Source: Eledone cirrhosa (taxonomy: Eukaryota). Taken from it: a stretch of 64,000 nt of DNA. The first letter of the stretch is position 1. Each line of letters opens with the position of its first letter. Positions 41,422-55,562 of this stretch are shown in pieces. The stretch covers positions 140,306,001 through 140,370,000 of the forward strand of contig OZ024741.1 in NCBI GenBank assembly GCA_964016885.1. The letters are read 5' to 3'. The position numbers were made by a program, and so were the translations under genes. Below the pieces are notes generated by a model. The model saw nothing but the letters and a program-made list of their open reading frames with translations. It had not been told where the DNA came from and searched no databases.

Positions 41422-42196
41422 AATCAGCGAGAATCATATTTCAGCACAGGAATTAACGAAAATCAATATCCGATATGTGTGGCAAGCGCTCGATGATTCA
41501 TGTGAATCATAGCTACAACATACGTTAAGGGCCAAAACACACTGAGATATTGGTTCAACATATCATCCGCACAGCCAAAACAAACGACCAAGTAATTCGG
41601 GTCAAACAATTTAAATATATGTGTTGATACTTTCCCGGACCCTGGACTGATGGTAAAATCCAGTATTGGTTTCTGCGACTCCAAAATCAGGTACTGTCCG
41701 CCTACATAAAGAATGTCTGGCTTCAGGTAAGATGATGAACAAGGAAGTCGTGTTATCAACGGGTTTTGTTCTAGGATGCTATAGATAAGTGTGTCTCTTA
41801 CTGACCCCACGTGGAGTTCAGCAAGGGAGGCAAGACCCCTATTTTGCGAATGATTTAGTTGTGTATAATTTGCGAGAATGCAAAATATCACAAATCGAAT
41901 AAAGCTCTCGACAGAGTGGTTAAATATAACAGAGCTATTCAACAGTCAATAGAAGCAACTAAAAAAAATCAATAAAATTAACTTATCAATAGCTAGACTC
42001 TGGAGATTAATACAAATATAAATTAGCGAGAATCGTATTTCAGCACAGGAATTAACGAAAATCAACATCCGATATGTGTGGCAGGCGCTCGATGATTCAT
42101 GTGAATCAGAGCTACAACATACGTTAAGGGCCAAACACACTGAGAAGATGTTTAAACATATCATCCACACAGCCAAAACAAACGACCAAGTAATTA
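41422..42196. mobile_element. Non-coding ~600-nt partial-tandem element in (TA)n
   Basis: 41422-41597 matches 42022-42196. Confidence 0.72.
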
Positions 42197-42218
42197 TATG
42201 TGTGTGTATATATATATA

Positions 42219-42334
42219 TATATGAAAGACGTAAAATAAGGAAATTTAAAAAATTTAAAATTAACTTACTAAAATTTTAGTAAGTAAGTTCATTTTTAAT
42301 TTTTTAAATTTTCTTATTTTACGTCTTTCATATA
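42219..42334. repeat. AT-rich imperfect palindrome
   Basis: tatgaaagacgtaaaataag...cttattttacgtctttcata. Confidence 0.8.
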
Positions 42335-42441
42335 ATTGTTCTGCATCCCCCTGCATAGAACCACCTAGGTACTATGACATAACTTATATATTTGCTAGCA
42401 TTAGTGTACATCTGTACGCATATGTTGGTAGATGTACTAAT

Positions 42442-42479
<38 letters not shown>

Positions 42480-42529
42480 ATTTGATAACTTTGATATATA
42501 CACATATATATATGTATATATATATATAA

Positions 42530-45500
42530 TTTGATAACTTTGATAGGTTTCGGCCAGTATTGGCCCAGTCTTTCAAATCAGTGTTTGGGCACCATGACCC
42601 ACCCGAGCAGAGAGTTATTGTTTACGGAGGCATATCCGGGTGTAGGAGACTTATCCGGGATTTCTTGAAGGAATTTATCCAAAGACTTCTTGAACTTGCT
42701 GGGGACTGTCTCTGCTTTGGTGTGCTTTGTGTAATGTTAAAGAGTGCAGAGCCAATTGAGGTGAAATAATCGTGCCGTATTGTTGTTATGTGATGCGAGT
42801 GGCATTTTTGTCGTGGGCGGATAGCACGGGGCCCAAGCCTTGGGTGTACACTAAAGGTGATGTCAGCATCATTTGGACAAAGCTATTGGAATATTTTCCA
42901 CATCATACAGGTAATGTAGCGCTCACGGCGACGTTGAAGAGAATAAAGTTTGAGCTTTTCTAATCGACCCCAATAGTCAAGGCCTGTCATGCCAACTATC
43001 TTTTTTTGTAATTGACCTTTGGTGTGCTTTAATTTTCATGATACTTCGTTTCGTGTGGGGTGACCACAGTGGACAACAGTATTCAAGGTCGGGTCGGGCA
43101 AAAGTGGAGAAATCTCTCGACTGGAATGTTCTGAGAATCGAGGAACACATTCTGCGGGCCATATCAACATTGCTGTTTATATGAGTGGCCCAGGTAATAT
43201 CGTTGTCCACAATTACTCCCAGATCTCTGATGTTATTGGAAGCCACTAGAGTTTCACCCGAAGGAAGCGAGTATGGTAGTTTCAGGACATCCTTTTTTCC
43301 AAAGTGGATTAATTCGAATTTATCTTCATTCAACAGCATATTATTCATCTCTGCCCATTGGATAACAGCCAGTAGGTCTGACTGAAGGCAAGTCCGGTTT
43401 CCCACCTCATTGATGACCATTTGAAGCTTGGAATCATCTTCGAAGATTCTGATGTTACTGTGTTTGATGATGTCAGTAATGTCATTAATGTAGATGATGA
43501 AAAGAAGTGGGCCCAACACAGTGCCTTGTGGGACGCCACTGCTGACTTTGGCAAGGCCTGATTTTACTCCTCCGACTACAACATGCTGGGTTCTGCCTGT
43601 CAGGAAACATTTGATCCACTGTAGTAACCTTCCAGAGAAACCAACATCGGATAGTTTTTTCAATAGAATCTTATGATCAACCCTGTCGAAGGGCCTTGCT
43701 GAAATCAAGATAGATGACATCAGTGTTGGAGCCCTCTCCAAAGGCTCTCAAAACATCGTCAAAGTGATGGAGGAGCTGCGTTAGGCAGTCCCTTCCATTA
43801 CGGAACACATGCTGGTTGGAGTTCAGCAGGCCGTTGCTTTCAAGAAAGTGGGTTATTCGTGATCTCACCACCCTCTCAAATACCTTGATAATATGAGAGG
43901 TGTGTGAGATCGGACGGTAGTTCACTGCAAGGGACTTATTTCCCTTTTTGAAGACTGGGACAACGGACTGGGACAGAAAGTTTTCAGGAATATAACCAGT
44001 GTTCAGTGAGCTCCTCCCCAGATTGACAAGAAGAGTTGCAAGTTGGTGTCAGCACACCTTCAGGACACAAGCAGGGAACCTGCCTGGGCCTACTGCTGAA
44101 TTGTGTTTAATTTCGTTTATTGCCGCTAAGACATCAGGGGCGCCAAACGTTATGTCTGATATAGTGTGTTGAGGGTTAATATCACTAAAACGGCCCAGAT
44201 CGGCCATATCAGGGTTGCTGAAAACAGAGCAGTATTGTTTCTGCAGTATCTCGCCATGGTTTTGGCATTGTCCTGGAGTGTACCATTTTCATCAACTAGA
44301 GGGCCAACAGTGGAGACGGTGACCTTGTGTTTTTTATTGAATGAGAAGAACACTTTGGGGTTGAGTTTGATTTTCTCAATGGCCCAACTCTCTTCAGCTA
44401 TTCTCTGGTTATTGATGATGATCATCATGCATTGCTGGAGGTTATATTTTTTTGACTCAAGCAGGGTGATAGCCATTGAATGTGTGTGTTGCTGTTGGCA
44501 GTATTTTAGTGTGTTCATTATTTGTTTGTTCTTTTTATTTTTCTAATAATTGTTTTTCTGTTTTGGGGGATACTGCACTTGGTTTTGTTCACAGGTTTTG
44601 GTGGGTGTGTTTTGTACATATATTTGTGACAGTATCTACACAGATCTGGAAGTGTGTGCGTGTGTAAAAGACCAGTCGACATGTGATAGTTCGTTCATAA
44701 TTGCATCCCAGTTGGCATTGTGGAGATACATGTTATCAAATGGGTGGGCTGGAGAGAAGAGGACCCTGGGATTAGATTTCGGCTGGTGGAATCTCAGGTT
44801 ACAAAGAACCATGTCATGGACTGAGAGAAGGGTTTTTTTCACTGTAATATTATGTATAGTGTCAGTGTGGTTACTAAACACTAGATCCAGAATGTTCTTC
44901 TGATGCTTCGTTGGTGCAAGGACAAGTTGGGACAAGAAAAACTCATTCATGATGTCAAGAATTGACTCGAAAGACTCTTTGTCAGTGGTTGAGGCTGTGG
45001 AGCCTGGTTTCAAACTACATGTAGACCAATCGACACAGGGTAGATTAAAGTCTCCCATTAAAAGTATGCTGCTAGAATGGCACTGTTTAATAAAGCATTT
45101 ATTACTGTTGAGGCATTCTTTGAAACAGATTATGGGTGTTTGTGGTGGCCTATAGAGCCAAACTAATGTAAGGTCATTGGCTTTATTGTGCACAGTTACT
45201 GATTCACAGTATCCATTAGAGAATGTTGTGTTGCCATCTGCCGTAAAGGAATCATGCAGGAAAATGGCAGTTCCACCCTTCCTTCTGCCAACACGATCCG
45301 CACGGATGGTTGTGAAATTTCTCACTCTTACTTCGGCCTCCAAGTGGGAATTATCAAGGTGGGTCTCAGTAAGAATGAAGAAGGGGATGTGAAATGGATG
45401 GTTACCAACCCAATCCTCAATGAATTGGATCTTCCATTTCTGTGCATTCATGGATGGGCTGATACATTGTGTGTTGAGTAAGAATGTGGAGGCTAGTGTG

Positions 45501-45905
45501 GTGGCTGGTTTTGACTGTTGCAGGGGGCTTGTTTTGTGATTATGTGTTAGTGACAGCAAGGTTGGTGTTGGGTGATGGCTAAAATGTTTTTCTCTATCTC
45601 TTTTGCCAGGTTCATGGCTAAAAAAGAAAGATTTATTTTGTTGAGGGAGCAGTTTTTGATTGGATTTGTGGTTACAACATTGGATAGGGTTGCAGTTCCC
45701 TCTTTTGATGTTGTTGTTGTATTTGTTGTAATTGTGTATTTGTGAAAAGACTGGAGCAGCGTTATTTTTGGTGTTGTTGCATTTGTTGCTGTTGCGATCG
45801 AGTCTTTGTGACAAGACTGGAGCAGCATTGCCGCAGTAGGGGGTGGCTTTATTGTGCTTTGTGGGTTGGCATGAAGCGCCTTTTCTGTTCGTGCGTTGTG
45901 TCCCA
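42530..45905 (-). mobile_element. CR1-group LINE, disrupted APE-RT ORF2
   Basis: LTETHL, YRPP, GDFNLP..DW, LDLVF; NYRPIS, DVIYLDFSK, SGVPQGTVLGPLLFIIYIND, FEDD; frameshifts; (TA)n at both ends. Confidence 0.9.
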
Positions 45906-45964
45906 TATATATATACATATGTATATAAGTATATATATATATATATATATATGCATATATACAT

Positions 45965-46057
<93 letters not shown>

Positions 46058-46073
46058 GGATATATATATATAT

Positions 46074-46161
<88 letters not shown>

Positions 46162-47001
46162 AACTTCATGTAAATAAATAAAATCAAAGGCGTAGCTCTG
46201 AATGTCAGTTTATGTCGATCAGTTCCTATGCATGTGCTTCTGTGTTCAGTCCAGCTAAGAGGAACTTTGGGCATGACATCAACTGTAATCTCGGGATGAG
46301 AAACTTATTTAAAGTGCGATTTGTTAGACGTGTGGAGTCCCAATGTTTATTATAAAGAAAATAGAATGAAAAATTAAGGCTGAAATAGAAAATTAGAGGA
46401 AATTGAGCGGAGTTAGAAACGAAACCATGTTTTCGAGAAAACGTCTCTCTCTCTCACTCTTTCCCTCTCTTTCTATCTCTCTCTCCCTCTATCTCTCTCT
46501 ATCTCTCTTTCTTTCACACTCTCTCTCACTCTTTATCTATTTATATATCTTTCTCTCTTTCTCTCTCTCTCTAATGCTCATCTTTTTCCATTTCTTAGAG
46601 GGTTCTAAACCCCACTATCAAGCTTTAAAAAATTACTTATGTCAAAAATACGGTGAAAATTTCTATTTCTAATTTCAAACTTGCTCACTGTTTCATAACA
46701 AACTTACTTGATATATATATACAGTGGCGGTCTGGCCAGGTTGCCAGGTTGCCCAATGGAAAGTGGGGCTTAGGGGGCCTACGGTAGCATGGCAAGGGTC
46801 CACAGTAGCATTGCAGGGCCCACTGTAGTATTTTAGGGGCCAATGCTTTGCTTTCAAAAAATAAATAAAACAATTAAACAAAGCATTTGGCCAATGAATC
46901 AGTGGTTGTACATTCTACTAAATCTAAAACCTAGTGTATTCATTCATACATGGAAACATACATATATAGTCACAGACACACACGCATGTAAATATATATA
47001 T

Positions 47002-47049
<48 letters not shown>

Positions 47050-47241
47050 AGTAAGAATATTTTCGAAACAGCGAGCGAATTTGAAATTATAAATCTTGTA
47101 AGCTATTGCCGTATTTTGACTAAATAAATTAAAGAAAATTATTTAGCCTGATAATGGGGTTAATTACCCTCGAAAATATTCTTGCTTGACATTTACAGTT
47201 GCTAAGATTATAGCTTCTAATTCGAATGGAAAAAGAGGGGT

Positions 47242-47312
47242 GATGTGTTGGTGTATTGGTAGCACAGTGGTCTGGTTAACCAAAGATGTGGTTTCGACTC
47301 CCATGTACGTCA
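47242..47312 (+). other. tRNA-like sequence (pseudo-tRNA or SINE head)
   Basis: Acceptor gatgtgt/gtacgtc, D arm gtgt/gcac, anticodon arm tggt/acca, B-box ggtttcgactcc; several mismatches. Confidence 0.55.
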
Positions 47313-47435
47313 ATACTCATCGTTTTAAATTTCTCCGAGGGTTCTTAACCCCGCTATCAGGCTAAATAATTTTCTTTAATTAATAAGTCATTTAATTAAT
47401 AAGTCAAAATACGGCGATTGCTTACATTAATAATT

Positions 47436-47469
<34 letters not shown>

Positions 47470-47486
47470 AATATACACAAATATAT

Positions 47487-47516
<30 letters not shown>

Positions 47517-47518
<2 letters not shown>

Positions 47519-48285
47519 GAATGAAAAAATAGAGCAAGAAACCAGGACTATACGTCATCAGTGATCTTCTGACTATCATCGGTATTTCTTAGCATTAAAG
47601 ATCAGATACCTCAAATTCAGTGCGTGCAATAACTAAAATAAGTTATTGGGATAAAAAGAATTGGTGGAGAAAGAGAGACATGTAAACAAACAAATTGGTA
47701 AGGCAACGTAAAGAGAGGAACATGAGAAAACAAGTCAGTGATACATGTGAACTTAAGTTCTAGCAAATCATTGGCGAGAAGAAGAAGAAGGACGCGTCCG
47801 AACCCTGCGAAATGTGGACGAGAAAAGGATTTCACACAGGTCAGACGGGAGGAAGTCAGAGAGGGGGAGTAGCAGAGAGTAAGTGAGTGAAAGAGTGAGG
47901 AAGAGGCGAGCCGAGAGAGGGTGACCATCAGAGGGGGTGAATGAAAGTAAGAGGTACAAGGAGAGAGAAGGAGTAGAGAGAAAGAGGATAGCAGTAAGGT
48001 GAGAGAAAAGGACAGGTCTCATCGAGGGGAAAAATATAGGAATGGAAAATGGCGAATGGCATTGTTGCGAATGTGACACATATGAATGAAAAATAGAGCA
48101 AGAAAGCAGGACTATCCGTCATCAGTGATCTTCTGACTATCATCGATATTTCTTCGCATTTTAATGCAGAGAAATACCGCTGATAGTCAGAAGATCATTG
48201 ATGACAGATAGTCCTGCTTTCTTGCTCTATTTTTCATTCATATGTATCACATTCGCAACAACGCAGCACGCCATTTTCACACTTA
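47517..48285 (-). mobile_element. ~565-nt partial-tandem element plus inverted arm (family of 6591-7180)
   Basis: Direct repeats at 47518 and 48083; 48165-48285 inverted; shared interior gacctgtgtgaaatccttttctcg. Confidence 0.8.
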
Positions 48286-48317
48286 TATATATACATATAT
48301 ATATACACACACACACT

Positions 48318-48356
<39 letters not shown>

Positions 48357-48464
48357 GATATTAACAAATGGAAACTATATTTATAAAACCATATTTATAA
48401 AAATATTTGCTTGTTGTATCCCAACAATTTAAATAGAACTTTTACATATATATATATATATACA

Positions 48465-48511
<47 letters not shown>

Positions 48512-48857
48512 GTGAGTGTGAAAGACCAAAGGTCATTATTTAAAGTCTCTGGATTTCGTAAAAAAAAATATATATTTTATTGGAGAAGGTAAGATATTTC
48601 CCCGCAAAAATTCGACTGCACTGTTTTGTTTCCACTTACGTATGTTTTGAAGATGTTATTTATTCATTATAAAAATTAAATGATAGCATTCTATATGTAG
48701 GTGAGTCCCCTTCATCTGGCAACTAATATTTTTAGACGTAGTCCGCCACTGTATTTATATATATAATGCCAATCTTTGTAAGTTTGAATATAACTCACAT
48801 GCAAAAACATATATATAGGTAAACACAAATGATAGTAGATTCAAATATCACAGAGAG

Positions 48858-48975
<118 letters not shown>

Positions 48976-49169
48976 CTGGGGAGAAATGAGGTGCAATAGT
49001 AATGAAACATGGATTACAGGTTAAAATATAGTCTAGATAGATGAGAAACAAAACGAGGCTATAGTTTATGAAACACCCAAATGATTTAGAAGTTGATCCT
49101 AAGTAGGAGCAATAACATTAAGAACGACATGAACGACACCGCATCATTTTGTTTTGAGAATTTTGAATC

Positions 49170-49465
49170 TAGGTTTATAAGTATGAATTTTCATAAGGTC
49201 TTCGTAGTTGTCTCCGTAGCCTAGCGGTAGGTGCTATAGACGGTAGAGATCCTGTCCTTGGGTCCAATCCTTGTCAAGAGGTACATGTACGCTTTTTCAG
49301 ATTTTATCTAAAAACCAATAGAAAAATACTGAAAAGGTTTACCGGGAACCCTACTCCCGACTAGGATCGAACTTCAGACCAGGATGAACACCGTCTATGA
49401 TTCCACCAACTAGGCCACCGAGACAGCTACAAACGTCTAATGAAAATTGATAATTATAAACCTAC
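49170..49465. other. Diverged inverted pair of tRNA-like sequences with shared 5' flanks
   Basis: gtctccgtagcctagcggtag..atagacggt (+) versus gtctcggtggcctagttggt..atagacggt..gttcgatcc (-); taggtttataa..aattttcat upstream of both. Confidence 0.6.
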
Positions 49466-49782
49466 TTTCAAAATCAAAGTTAAATTGATGTGTTGTGGTT
49501 CATGGCTTTCCTAGAGCTATAAATAATATTTTGGGTAGACTTGTCAATATTCTGGCCCTTTGGTAACAACCTTATTTTCATATGTGTGTTAAATTTAACT
49601 GTTGAATTAATTGTACTAAATCTAAAGCTTAGTGTATTCATTCATGCATGGAAACTACATAATTTGTCACAGACACACAAGCATATATATATATATATTT
49701 ATGTTTATACTTACACACGAACTACTGACCAAATAATATCAATGAGTTAAAGACATCTGTCAAATCAATTAGTTGTGAAGGT

Positions 49783-49853
<71 letters not shown>

Positions 49854-50145
49854 TGTTTTGTTTCCACTTATGTAGTTTTCGAAAATGTTATTTATTCATT
49901 ATAAAAATTAAATGATAGCTTTCTATATGTAGGTGGGCCCATTTCATCTCCTAGCAACCAATATTTTTAGACCCACTAGTGTATGTATTATAATTTTGAG
50001 TACGTGTTGGTTGTTTACCGACACTTCAGTATGCAGGTTGGAGCACTCAAAGAAGTGTGCAGGCTGGTTTGTTTGCGCCGGAGTAATGTAAAAACAAGAA
50101 GTGAAAGTCAACAGGGTAAAATTAGCTTCGTTTATTCATATTCGA

Positions 50146-50200
50146 TGCTATATATATTTCAGTAATAGCCACTATTCAACAACTATAACCTCATCAGGCA
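50146..50200 (-). ncRNA. Hammerhead ribozyme (family of 156-211)
   Basis: actgc-CTGATGA-ggt..-GAAA-tatata-TA-gca. Confidence 0.75.
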
Positions 50201-50531
50201 GTAAGAACTTGAACAGGAAAACATAATGTTGTAATGGATTTTACCTTGTTAATTCATTGATATGATCAGCTCCAGTGTGCGTTGTTAGTCCTCTAAGGAA
50301 CTGAAAACATATGGTTTAGAATGAGAATTTCAGCGTCCAAAGAATATGCACACCCACCTCATTGGTCAGATATCATACCTCCTCCCAGCCGAATTGAAAT
50401 TGAAATTGAAATCCTTCAGAAACAGGTCAGAAACAGGTCAGCCTGTTATTATAGTTTTTAACTTCATGTAATATTGAATATGTAGAAAAAAATAATACAA
50501 TTTTAAACACAATATTCATGATAAAAATAAT

Positions 50532-50716
50532 TGTTTCTACTTTAGGCACAAGGCCAGCAATTACCCAGTGCATTACTGGTACTTTATTTTATCGACCCCG
50601 TAAGGATGAAAGACAAAGTCAACCTCGGCGTGATTTGAACTCAGATCGTAAAGGGAGGTAACTATGCTGGAAAGCATGGCGTCCGACCCTCTACCGATAC
50701 TGCCAATCCACCACCC
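50532..50716 (-). mobile_element. Nin/Deu SINE
   Basis: Near-identical to the copy at 31790. Confidence 0.92.
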
Positions 50717-50718
50717 CT

Positions 50719-51602
50719 ATGACAATAATAATAAAAAAAACTGACTGTAAAAATAACAACTTGAGGAATAAATCGGGGAAAAACATTAGGACTAGATCTA
50801 TAATTTGGTATGCTCCACCAGCATTTTTAGCTATTAAAACACCATTAGCACATTTATTTTTTAAAGCCCTGGATAAATGTTACCCTAGATCACATAAGTA
50901 TTACTCTATCCTCAATAGACACAAAGTTAAACTCTCTTATTCAACAACTATGAATATTGCTCAAAATATTGCAAACATTAATAGCAAAATTCTTAATTTG
51001 AACCAGCATATAATTAGCGATAATAACAATAATAATAATACATTAGTTAATGTGAATATCAATAACAATACTTTAAATACGAATAATAGTAGAACACCTA
51101 GAAACAATAATTTTAATACGAATAGTTTAGGTTATTGAAATAACATGGAATTGAACTGTAACTGTAGAAGGAAATCTGAATGCCCTTTACAAAATTATTG
51201 CCTTGACAAGAATTTAGTATATAAATGTACCATTAAGACAAATAATAATAATACTTATAACTACAGAGGTGCCACTTCATCGAACTTTAAGTTTCCCTTT
51301 TCCAATCACAAACATACTTTCTCTAATCCAGATAAAAAATATTCTACTTCATTATCACAATTAATATGGTCTTTAAAAAGAAAAATATTAAATACTCAAT
51401 TTCTTGGAGTAAACTAAGGTATTCTGATTCCTATCGGAACGCTTCCATTTCAACAAATTGCAATCTTGGCAATTTGGAAACTGTATTAATAATTACCAAT
51501 TATGGTAATTTAATTAATAAAAAAAATGAATTATTTGGAACTTGTCTGGATAAGTCTGGAAAAACATTTCAAGCATTATACAAATTTAGAAAAAAATATT
51601 GA
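50719..51602 (+). pseudogene. Naiad-type PLE linker/GIY-YIG remnant
   Basis: IIWYAPP, HKY..LNRHKVKLSYS, CNCRRKSECPLQNYC, INKKNELFGTC; stops and frameshift. Confidence 0.85.
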
Positions 51603-51647
51603 CTATTATTAATAAATCTTGAAATATTATTATTATTATTATTATTA

Positions 51648-53194
51648 CAGTTGCATTTATCTTACTTTATGTTCATACGAATTATCACCAAGTCACAACC
51701 AGTGGCCTCAAGAGACAACAAGGTCCGCCATGTTCAGAATCTTCCTTAGTATATGGGCAGTTCCCATTAGTACTATCTTTTGTATTTCTCCTATACGCGG
51801 GTTTCCTGGGATCTGCGATAAGTAATCATTAGACCCCTTAGGTATCATTCCCAGAGCGCCTACAACCACTGGTATTGTTTTAGTTCTCAATTTCCACATT
51901 TTTCCAATTTCTATCTCCAGGTCCTTATACTTGCTCAATTTTTCAAATGTTTTTATAGATACATTCTTGTCTATTGGAACAGACATATAAATTAGCAGGC
52001 ATACCCTCTTTTTAAAGTCCTTCAATATTATATCGGGTCTATTTGCATCTATTTTTCGGTCTGTTTGGATGCTAAAGTTCCACAAGATTGAGATGTGATC
52101 TTTTTCAAGTATGGGAGGTGGTTGATGCTCCCACCAATTCTTTTGATGGGGCAGGTCAAAATGCTTACACATTATCCAATGTATGTATTGTGCAGCTCTG
52201 TCATGCCTGTTTAGGTATTCGGTTGGAGCTATAGGACTGCACATTGAAATTATATGGTCAATGGTCTCTGGTTGTTTTTTGCATACACGGCATAATGGGC
52301 TGCACCCATTTTTATTATGTTGGCTTGGTAATTTTTTGTTGGCAGACACTGATCTTGTGCCGATATAATCAGTCCTTCAGTCTCCCATTTCAGTCCAGAG
52401 GATGCCAACCACTGATAGGTTAAAGCTTTGTCAACATCAGGATTGTTAGCTCGCTCTGGGTATTTTCCATACAGAGGCTTTTCTTGCCATTTCTTAGCCA
52501 GTTTCTGTAGCAGTTCTTTCTTTGCAGTTACTTTTACCTGCTTTGCTTTTTCTGTGTTTTCCATTTCAGCAGTAAATGGGACTTCTGAAATTTGTAGTCC
52601 ATTACTGTATCTTTGTGCATCTTTTGTAATGGAATATGATCTTTTGGTGCTTTCGTGTTTCAAAACGAGTTTGATCATCCAATCATGTGATTCCCTTAGA
52701 TATGTGGATAATCCAATTGTTGCAGTTTTCAACGCAATGTCTAACTGGATTAACCCACGTCCTCCCTCTTTCCTAGGGAGATATATTCTATCTATGTCTG
52801 CCTTAGGGTGATGCATTCTGTGCATGGTTAAGAATTTTCGGATTTTTGTATCGAGCCTACGGATCTCTGTGCTTGACCAGTTGATGACATTGTAACTGTA
52901 GGTTACTACTGGTATGGCAAGCGTGTTTATGGCATCGATCCTATTCCTTGCATTCAATTCCGTTCTTAAGATTGCTCTGACTCTGCGGTAACATTCCTTC
53001 CTTATCCTTTCCCTCATTGTCGAGTGCTTGATTCCGTCTCCTTCACAAACACCTAGATATTTGTAAGTTTTTTCTTGATCAAGCTCTCTTATCACGTTCC
53101 CCCGATCAAGATTAATGTCTGAACTCTTCAGCAGCTTTCCTCTGGTGAACGTTGCTTTGGCGCATTTATCCAGTCCAAACTCCATTTTAATGTC
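51648..53194 (-). mobile_element. 5'-truncated Dong/R4-clade LINE (RT end, CCHC, restriction-like endonuclease) in (TAA)n
   Basis: FGLDKCA, YKYLG, RKEGGRGL, CRVC..ETIDHI..C, RHD, NRPDII, K..KY; (TAA)n at both ends; one frameshift. Confidence 0.9.
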
Positions 53195-53428
53195 ATTATT
53201 ATTATTATTATTGAATGCCATGGTTGACGGAGGCTCGGCTCTGTAAGGTATAGTAATTTTTAACCGTTAAAACAATTGTAAATTGTTTAAAACTTGAACC
53301 AAATTGTTAATAAAGACACCCTCCTCCCCGTGAGAGGGGTCTTTCTGTCCGTTATTTGGCCCTTCGGGGTTAAATAACCAGTTATTGGGGTTTTGTACCC
53401 AAAATTTCATTTTAAACAAAAAAACAAC

Positions 53429-55527
53429 ATGGCTACGAAAAAGAAATTTCATACGTCACTCCCACTCATTCCGTCTTCTTCTTCCTCAATCATCACTACA
53501 GCAGAGAGAAGATTGTCTCTCTCCCTCCCTTCTTTAAATGTGTCTCTCTCCCTCCATTCTCTTTCGCAAGTGACGAAAGAAAAGAAAAGTCTCGTGCAAA
53601 GCGTGCAAGGTTTCTCCACGACGACGACGACAGCGACGAAACAGGTGTGCGGGAAATACGAAAACCCAGTTCATTCGTCTGACGTCAGGAATAATAGCAG
53701 TAGCAGCCGTAATAACAACAGCAACAGTGACAATGAAAACAACAGTAGCAGCCGCAACAGCATCACCAGCAGCATAAACAACAACAGCATTAGCAGCAGC
53801 AACACCAACAACAACCACAGCAACAGCGGCGGAGGCAGTAGTCGTAGTACCTGCAGCAACAACAAAAGTACCAGCAGCTCTGACGACAACAACAACAGCA
53901 GAGAAAAACCAATCTCATTTGCAGGTATTGCGAAAAACTTGGAAACAATCCTCATAACAAATGAGGAATTAGAGGAAGCGAAGAAGATGGTGACAAAGAA
54001 CGGACACCGAGCAATCTGCAAGGCAGCGGAAAAATTTTTCGAAACCCAAGAGCACTGTACGGTCACGTATCGTACAGTAAGTACAAAATCCCGTAGGGTT
54101 GAAAGAGCCACAGAGGCCCAAATACAAAAGGCCTTGGGGTCTGTGTGGCAGCGGAAAACGCACATCACCCGAGGCAAAAAATATGCCACCGTAGACGTAC
54201 TTTTTGCCACACCCCAGGAGGCAAAGGCCCAATCAGTAGTGACCCTAAGGAGCGAGGAAATGGTGTTGGTGCCCTCCTGCTGCGGGCAAAAAATTGTGAG
54301 GGTCAAACTGACCCCCCCCCCCCCCCCGGAATGACCCCTTCTTGGCTGGCCGCGTCTGTCCTCGTCGGAATCGAGAACAAAACAACTGTACTGCAAGTAC
54401 AGAAAAAAGTAAGAGAAGATTGGGTCGGCTCCTCCATTGAGATGCTAATCCAAACCAACCAGGAGTGCATCGAAGCTATCCCGGATGTGATAGACTTCGA
54501 TAATGGCACTCAACTGCCCATAAGTGTTGAGGGCAAACGCCCGAAATGCTTTCGCTGTGGATCGAAGACTCACCTCAGGGCCTTCTGCAACGAGAAGACC
54601 CTGAGAAAGGAGAAAACCCCCCTCCTTCCGAATCCGGCTCCACGGCTACCAGCAACAGGACAAGCGGCAACCAGGAACGATAGGCCCGTGGCACCCATAC
54701 CCACTCCACGGAAATCAAAAACAGCAGCAGCAGTGGAAATATTAACAACAACAACAGCAATACCAAATGCAGCTGCAACAGAGACTCCAGTGCAAACATC
54801 ACCAACAACAAGAAGTGAAAGAGTGGAGCTGGTACCCCTCCCCGACCTCACAGAATCAGACATGGAGTGTGAGGTGGGAGAGGGATGGCAAAAGGTCGTA
54901 AGAAGGCACAAACGCAGAAGCAGCGCATCGTCGCCTTTGAAAAGGGAGGAAAGAAATGAGAAAAGGGTAAAGTCTACTGCAAAGAGACCCACAGCAGCAA
55001 CACCACCAACACCATCACCACCCACACCAGCACCACCATCACCACCGGCGACAACCCCACCGCCAACAAGACCTTCAACACCACCACCACAAGCACCAAC
55101 ATCGCAAACACAACAACAAAACACACACACCCAGCAACAACGACAAGAAAATAGCAGACCCACACTCCACCCCCAGAAAAACAAATGCACGGCAATAAAC
55201 ACACACAACAAGAAACTAATGACTTACATAATTGAACACACAGACATTTCACAACAGGACTACATAATACCAGCACCAATCAAAACGCCAACTAACATAA
55301 GACTGCTAAAAATAGCACAGAAACAATACACAAACATTAAAACGAAATTCCCCAACGCAGTTGGTGATTTCAGGGACCTAGGAGGAACCATCAATCGAAG
55401 AGTATATTCAGACATTCTCTTAGAAGAGCCGACGACCAGCCGAAGGGACGATTCAACGGTCCCTTCACCAGACGATCAAGTGAAAAGGGATGTAAAAACC
55501 ATCCCTCATCTACCAAAAGTACGGTAA
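53429..55527 (+). CDS. LINE ORF1 (RRM-like region + CCHC knuckle), frameshift in C16 run 54312-54327
   Basis: KYATVDVLFATPQEA; CFRCGSKTHLRAFC; ORFs 53393-54334 and 54145-55527 join at the homopolymer. Confidence 0.8.
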
Positions 55528-55562
55528 GTGGTCTTTCCCATCTTGTCCACTCTATTTTAAAC

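Larger units (their letters stand above)
46722..48751. mobile_element. Non-autonomous TIR element (hAT-like) with nested insertions
   Basis: TIR CAGTGGCGG(T/A)CT at both ends; 8-bp flanks tatatata/tatttata; subterminal GGGCC repeats; related internal segments at 49600-49975. Confidence 0.55.
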
